Shown here one piece after another: positions 62,902 through 64,000 of a stretch of 64,000 bases of DNA. Each line of letters opens with the position of its first letter. The first letter of the stretch is position 1. The translations under genes were made by a program, and so were the position numbers. Under the pieces are notes generated by a model. It was not told the origin of the DNA. It searched no databases and saw only the letters and a list, made by a program, of their open reading frames with translations. The DNA comes from Candidatus Woesearchaeota archaeon (lineage in GTDB: Archaea; Nanobdellota; Nanobdellia; Woesearchaeales; ARS49). Location: NCBI GenBank assembly GCA_038868995.1, contig JAWCRZ010000002.1:24726-88725 (forward strand), in the 5' to 3' direction.

Positions 62902-63906
62902 ATGTTTTCAAAAGGGGCATTGAAAAAATACGGCATAAGTATTCTGTTAACGCTTATTATAATCGGCATTGTGTTTCTCATCGGGCCTGCTGCCGCGTTG
63001 ATTCTCTCAATCGATGGCTTGCCTGTTTCGGTCACCGCTCCTGGCTCGTTTATGTTCTTCCTGAATTTTGATATTGGCTCTGGTGAGTTGATTCCGGGCG
63101 GCTTTACAGTCAATATGAATGGCAATACGTGCGAGTTTGACAATGATGCCAACCCGATTGGCGGCTCGTTGTGCCCTCAGATTAACTGTGAGGTTGTGAA
63201 CAAGGGTTCTTCATCATTTGGCATCTTTAATGCGAACGGATTCTTTGACGGCTATGGGTATGGCTATGGCTACAGGTATGGTTATGGTTATGAGAATGGA
63301 GAATTGAGATACAAATGTACGATTACGTTGCCGTGTGGGCTGCAGGGCACTGGATTGACCTTGTCGTTCAGCACTGAGGTTGATGGCATGACGTTCACCT
63401 CTCCGTCGCATTCATTGGCTCTCATCCCCCAGTCGTGCGGAGGAACGTCAGGCGGTGGTGGCGGTGGTGGTCAGGGCTATTGCTGTGAGCCGGTTGTTAA
63501 TTTTGCAAAGTGGCGCTGTTGTCAGAAGGCCTACATTGCGAGAATCCAGTGCTGCGCTCAGCCTCAGCATCCTGACTGTTCAAGATACTGCAAGTTGATG
63601 GAATGTATCAAGCCTTATACCATGGACCCGATTGTTGGAAGATGTGTTCTTGGTTCTCAAAATGAGCCGGGCTTTGGCAATCTTGGTCAGGATAGTGAAG
63701 TAAAATCTACTCCGCAGGATGGTTTTGCAGGCACGGGCCAGTCAACCCAGATGGGTGGCGAGGGAACTGGTGGCTTTGGAGCTGGTTCTCAAGGCGGTTC
63801 TGCCGGCGGTCCTTCGGGCGGTATGAGCTGGGCTACAATCCTTGCAATTATTCTTGTCTTGCTTGGTCTTGGTTTGCTCGCGTGGCTTCTGTCAAGAAGA
63901 AGCTGA
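62902..63906 (+). CDS. secreted surface protein with (GY)n repeat, Gly7-9 run, Cys-rich segment and C-terminal TM plus basic tail (334 aa)
   Basis: N-terminal TM/signal ISILLTLIIIGIVFLIGPAAA. GYGYGYGYRYGYGYENG. GGGGGGGQGYCCEPV...CC.K...CCAQPQHPDCSRYCKLMEC. C-terminus ...WATILAIILVLLGLGLLAWLLSRRS. Confidence 0.65.
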   Translation: MFSKGALKKYGISILLTLIIIGIVFLIGPAAALILSIDGLPVSVTAPGSFMFFLNFDIGSGELIPGGFTVNMNGNTCEFDNDANPIGGSLCPQINCEVVNKGSSSFGIFNANGFFDGYGYGYGYRYGYGYENGELRYKCTITLPCGLQGTGLTLSFSTEVDGMTFTSPSHSLALIPQSCGGTSGGGGGGGQGYCCEPVVNFAKWRCCQKAYIARIQCCAQPQHPDCSRYCKLMECIKPYTMDPIVGRCVLGSQNEPGFGNLGQDSEVKSTPQDGFAGTGQSTQMGGEGTGGFGAGSQGGSAGGPSGGMSWATILAIILVLLGLGLLAWLLSRRS

Positions 63907-63914
63907 TTTTTTAG

Positions 63915-64000
63915 GGTTAAGTCAACTCTCTGGTGCTGGCCGCGCTGCCTCGACGTTGTCGAGGTGACTTTTCTCTCCCCGCACTTGCAAGGGGGAGAAG
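63915..64000 (-). repeat. MITE-like intergenic repeat, copy 6 (inverted orientation), truncated by the window edge
   Basis: ggttaagtcaactctctggtgctggccgcgctgcctc... aligns to copy 2. The internal hairpin arms carry compensatory changes (ttttctctcccc / gggggagaag). Confidence 0.7.

Noticed and set aside
1-64000. CRISPR arrays, rRNA genes, integrase/transposase genes, restriction-modification or other recognisable defence systems
   Set aside because: I scanned for regularly spaced direct repeats of 25-40 bp, rRNA-like conserved blocks, DDE/tyrosine-recombinase motifs and typical defence ATPase/nuclease pairs. None was found. The only repetitive DNA is the MITE-like family. The STAND NTPase is fused to cyclase and TPR domains rather than sitting in a defence-type operon.

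Overview
This 64-kb window reads as a densely coded archaeal chromosomal segment. The archaeal assignment rests on aIF2-gamma, Alba, ribosomal protein S17e, proteasome beta, the KH/beta-CASP nuclease aCPSF1 (FttA), an archaeal-type ProRS, and a tRNA with a canonical-position intron. GC looks mid-40s % by eye and was not computed. I see no rRNA and no CRISPR array. Many genes are joined by ATGA or TAATG start/stop overlaps, and I used those junctions to trim obviously over-extended six-frame ORFs. The lineage could be an uncultured euryarchaeon or a DPANN-like archaeon; I cannot tell which.

Housekeeping genes sit at 1.5-15 kb and 36-42 kb: aIF2-gamma, PGM/PMM, PurD-like ATP-grasp, MtaB-like methylthiotransferase, ArgS, S17e, Alba, ProRS, a PHP phosphoesterase, Cu/Zn SOD, proteasome beta, aCPSF1 and Gmd.

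Three accessory blocks stand out.
- 15.3-22.6 kb: a run of very large secreted, cysteine-rich, N-glycosylation-sequon-dense proteins (733 aa, 297 aa and 1356 aa). One carries an IPT/TIG-like domain and Myxococcus-type Cys repeats. The largest carries a fourfold, apparently novel CxxxWxxxC...CC module, a lipase-like alpha/beta-hydrolase domain and C-terminal transmembrane helices.
- 23-36 kb: a block bounded by two tRNAs (an intron-containing tRNA-Arg(UCG) and tRNA-Pro(UGG)). It holds DoxX paralogs, a cupredoxin lipoprotein, COG3963-like methyltransferase paralogs, a P-loop kinase/HAD nucleotidase pair, more secreted Cys-rich proteins, and an 1125-aa protein with tandem class-III nucleotidyl cyclase domains, a STAND NTPase and TPRs.
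- 42-63 kb: a surface-glycan island. It contains Gmd, one GT2 and one DPM1-like GT2, four GT4 enzymes, a Wzx-like flippase and three GT-C membrane proteins. Embedded in it are sulfate-activation genes cysD/cysN and three secreted lipobox hydrolases, two sulfatase-like and one PF01663.

Two further points seem worth a second look.
- A bona fide GGDEF (diguanylate-cyclase-type) protein, with a GGEEM variant motif and an intact RxxD I-site, lies next to aIF2-gamma. Together with the tandem-cyclase STAND protein it suggests bacterial-style second-messenger signalling in an archaeon.
- A family of at least six copies of a ~135-bp MITE-like intergenic element occurs in the window. It has imperfect terminal inverted repeats and an internal hairpin that shows compensatory substitutions between copies.

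All coordinates derived by hand (tRNAs, repeats, refined starts) may be off by +/-1-2 nt.
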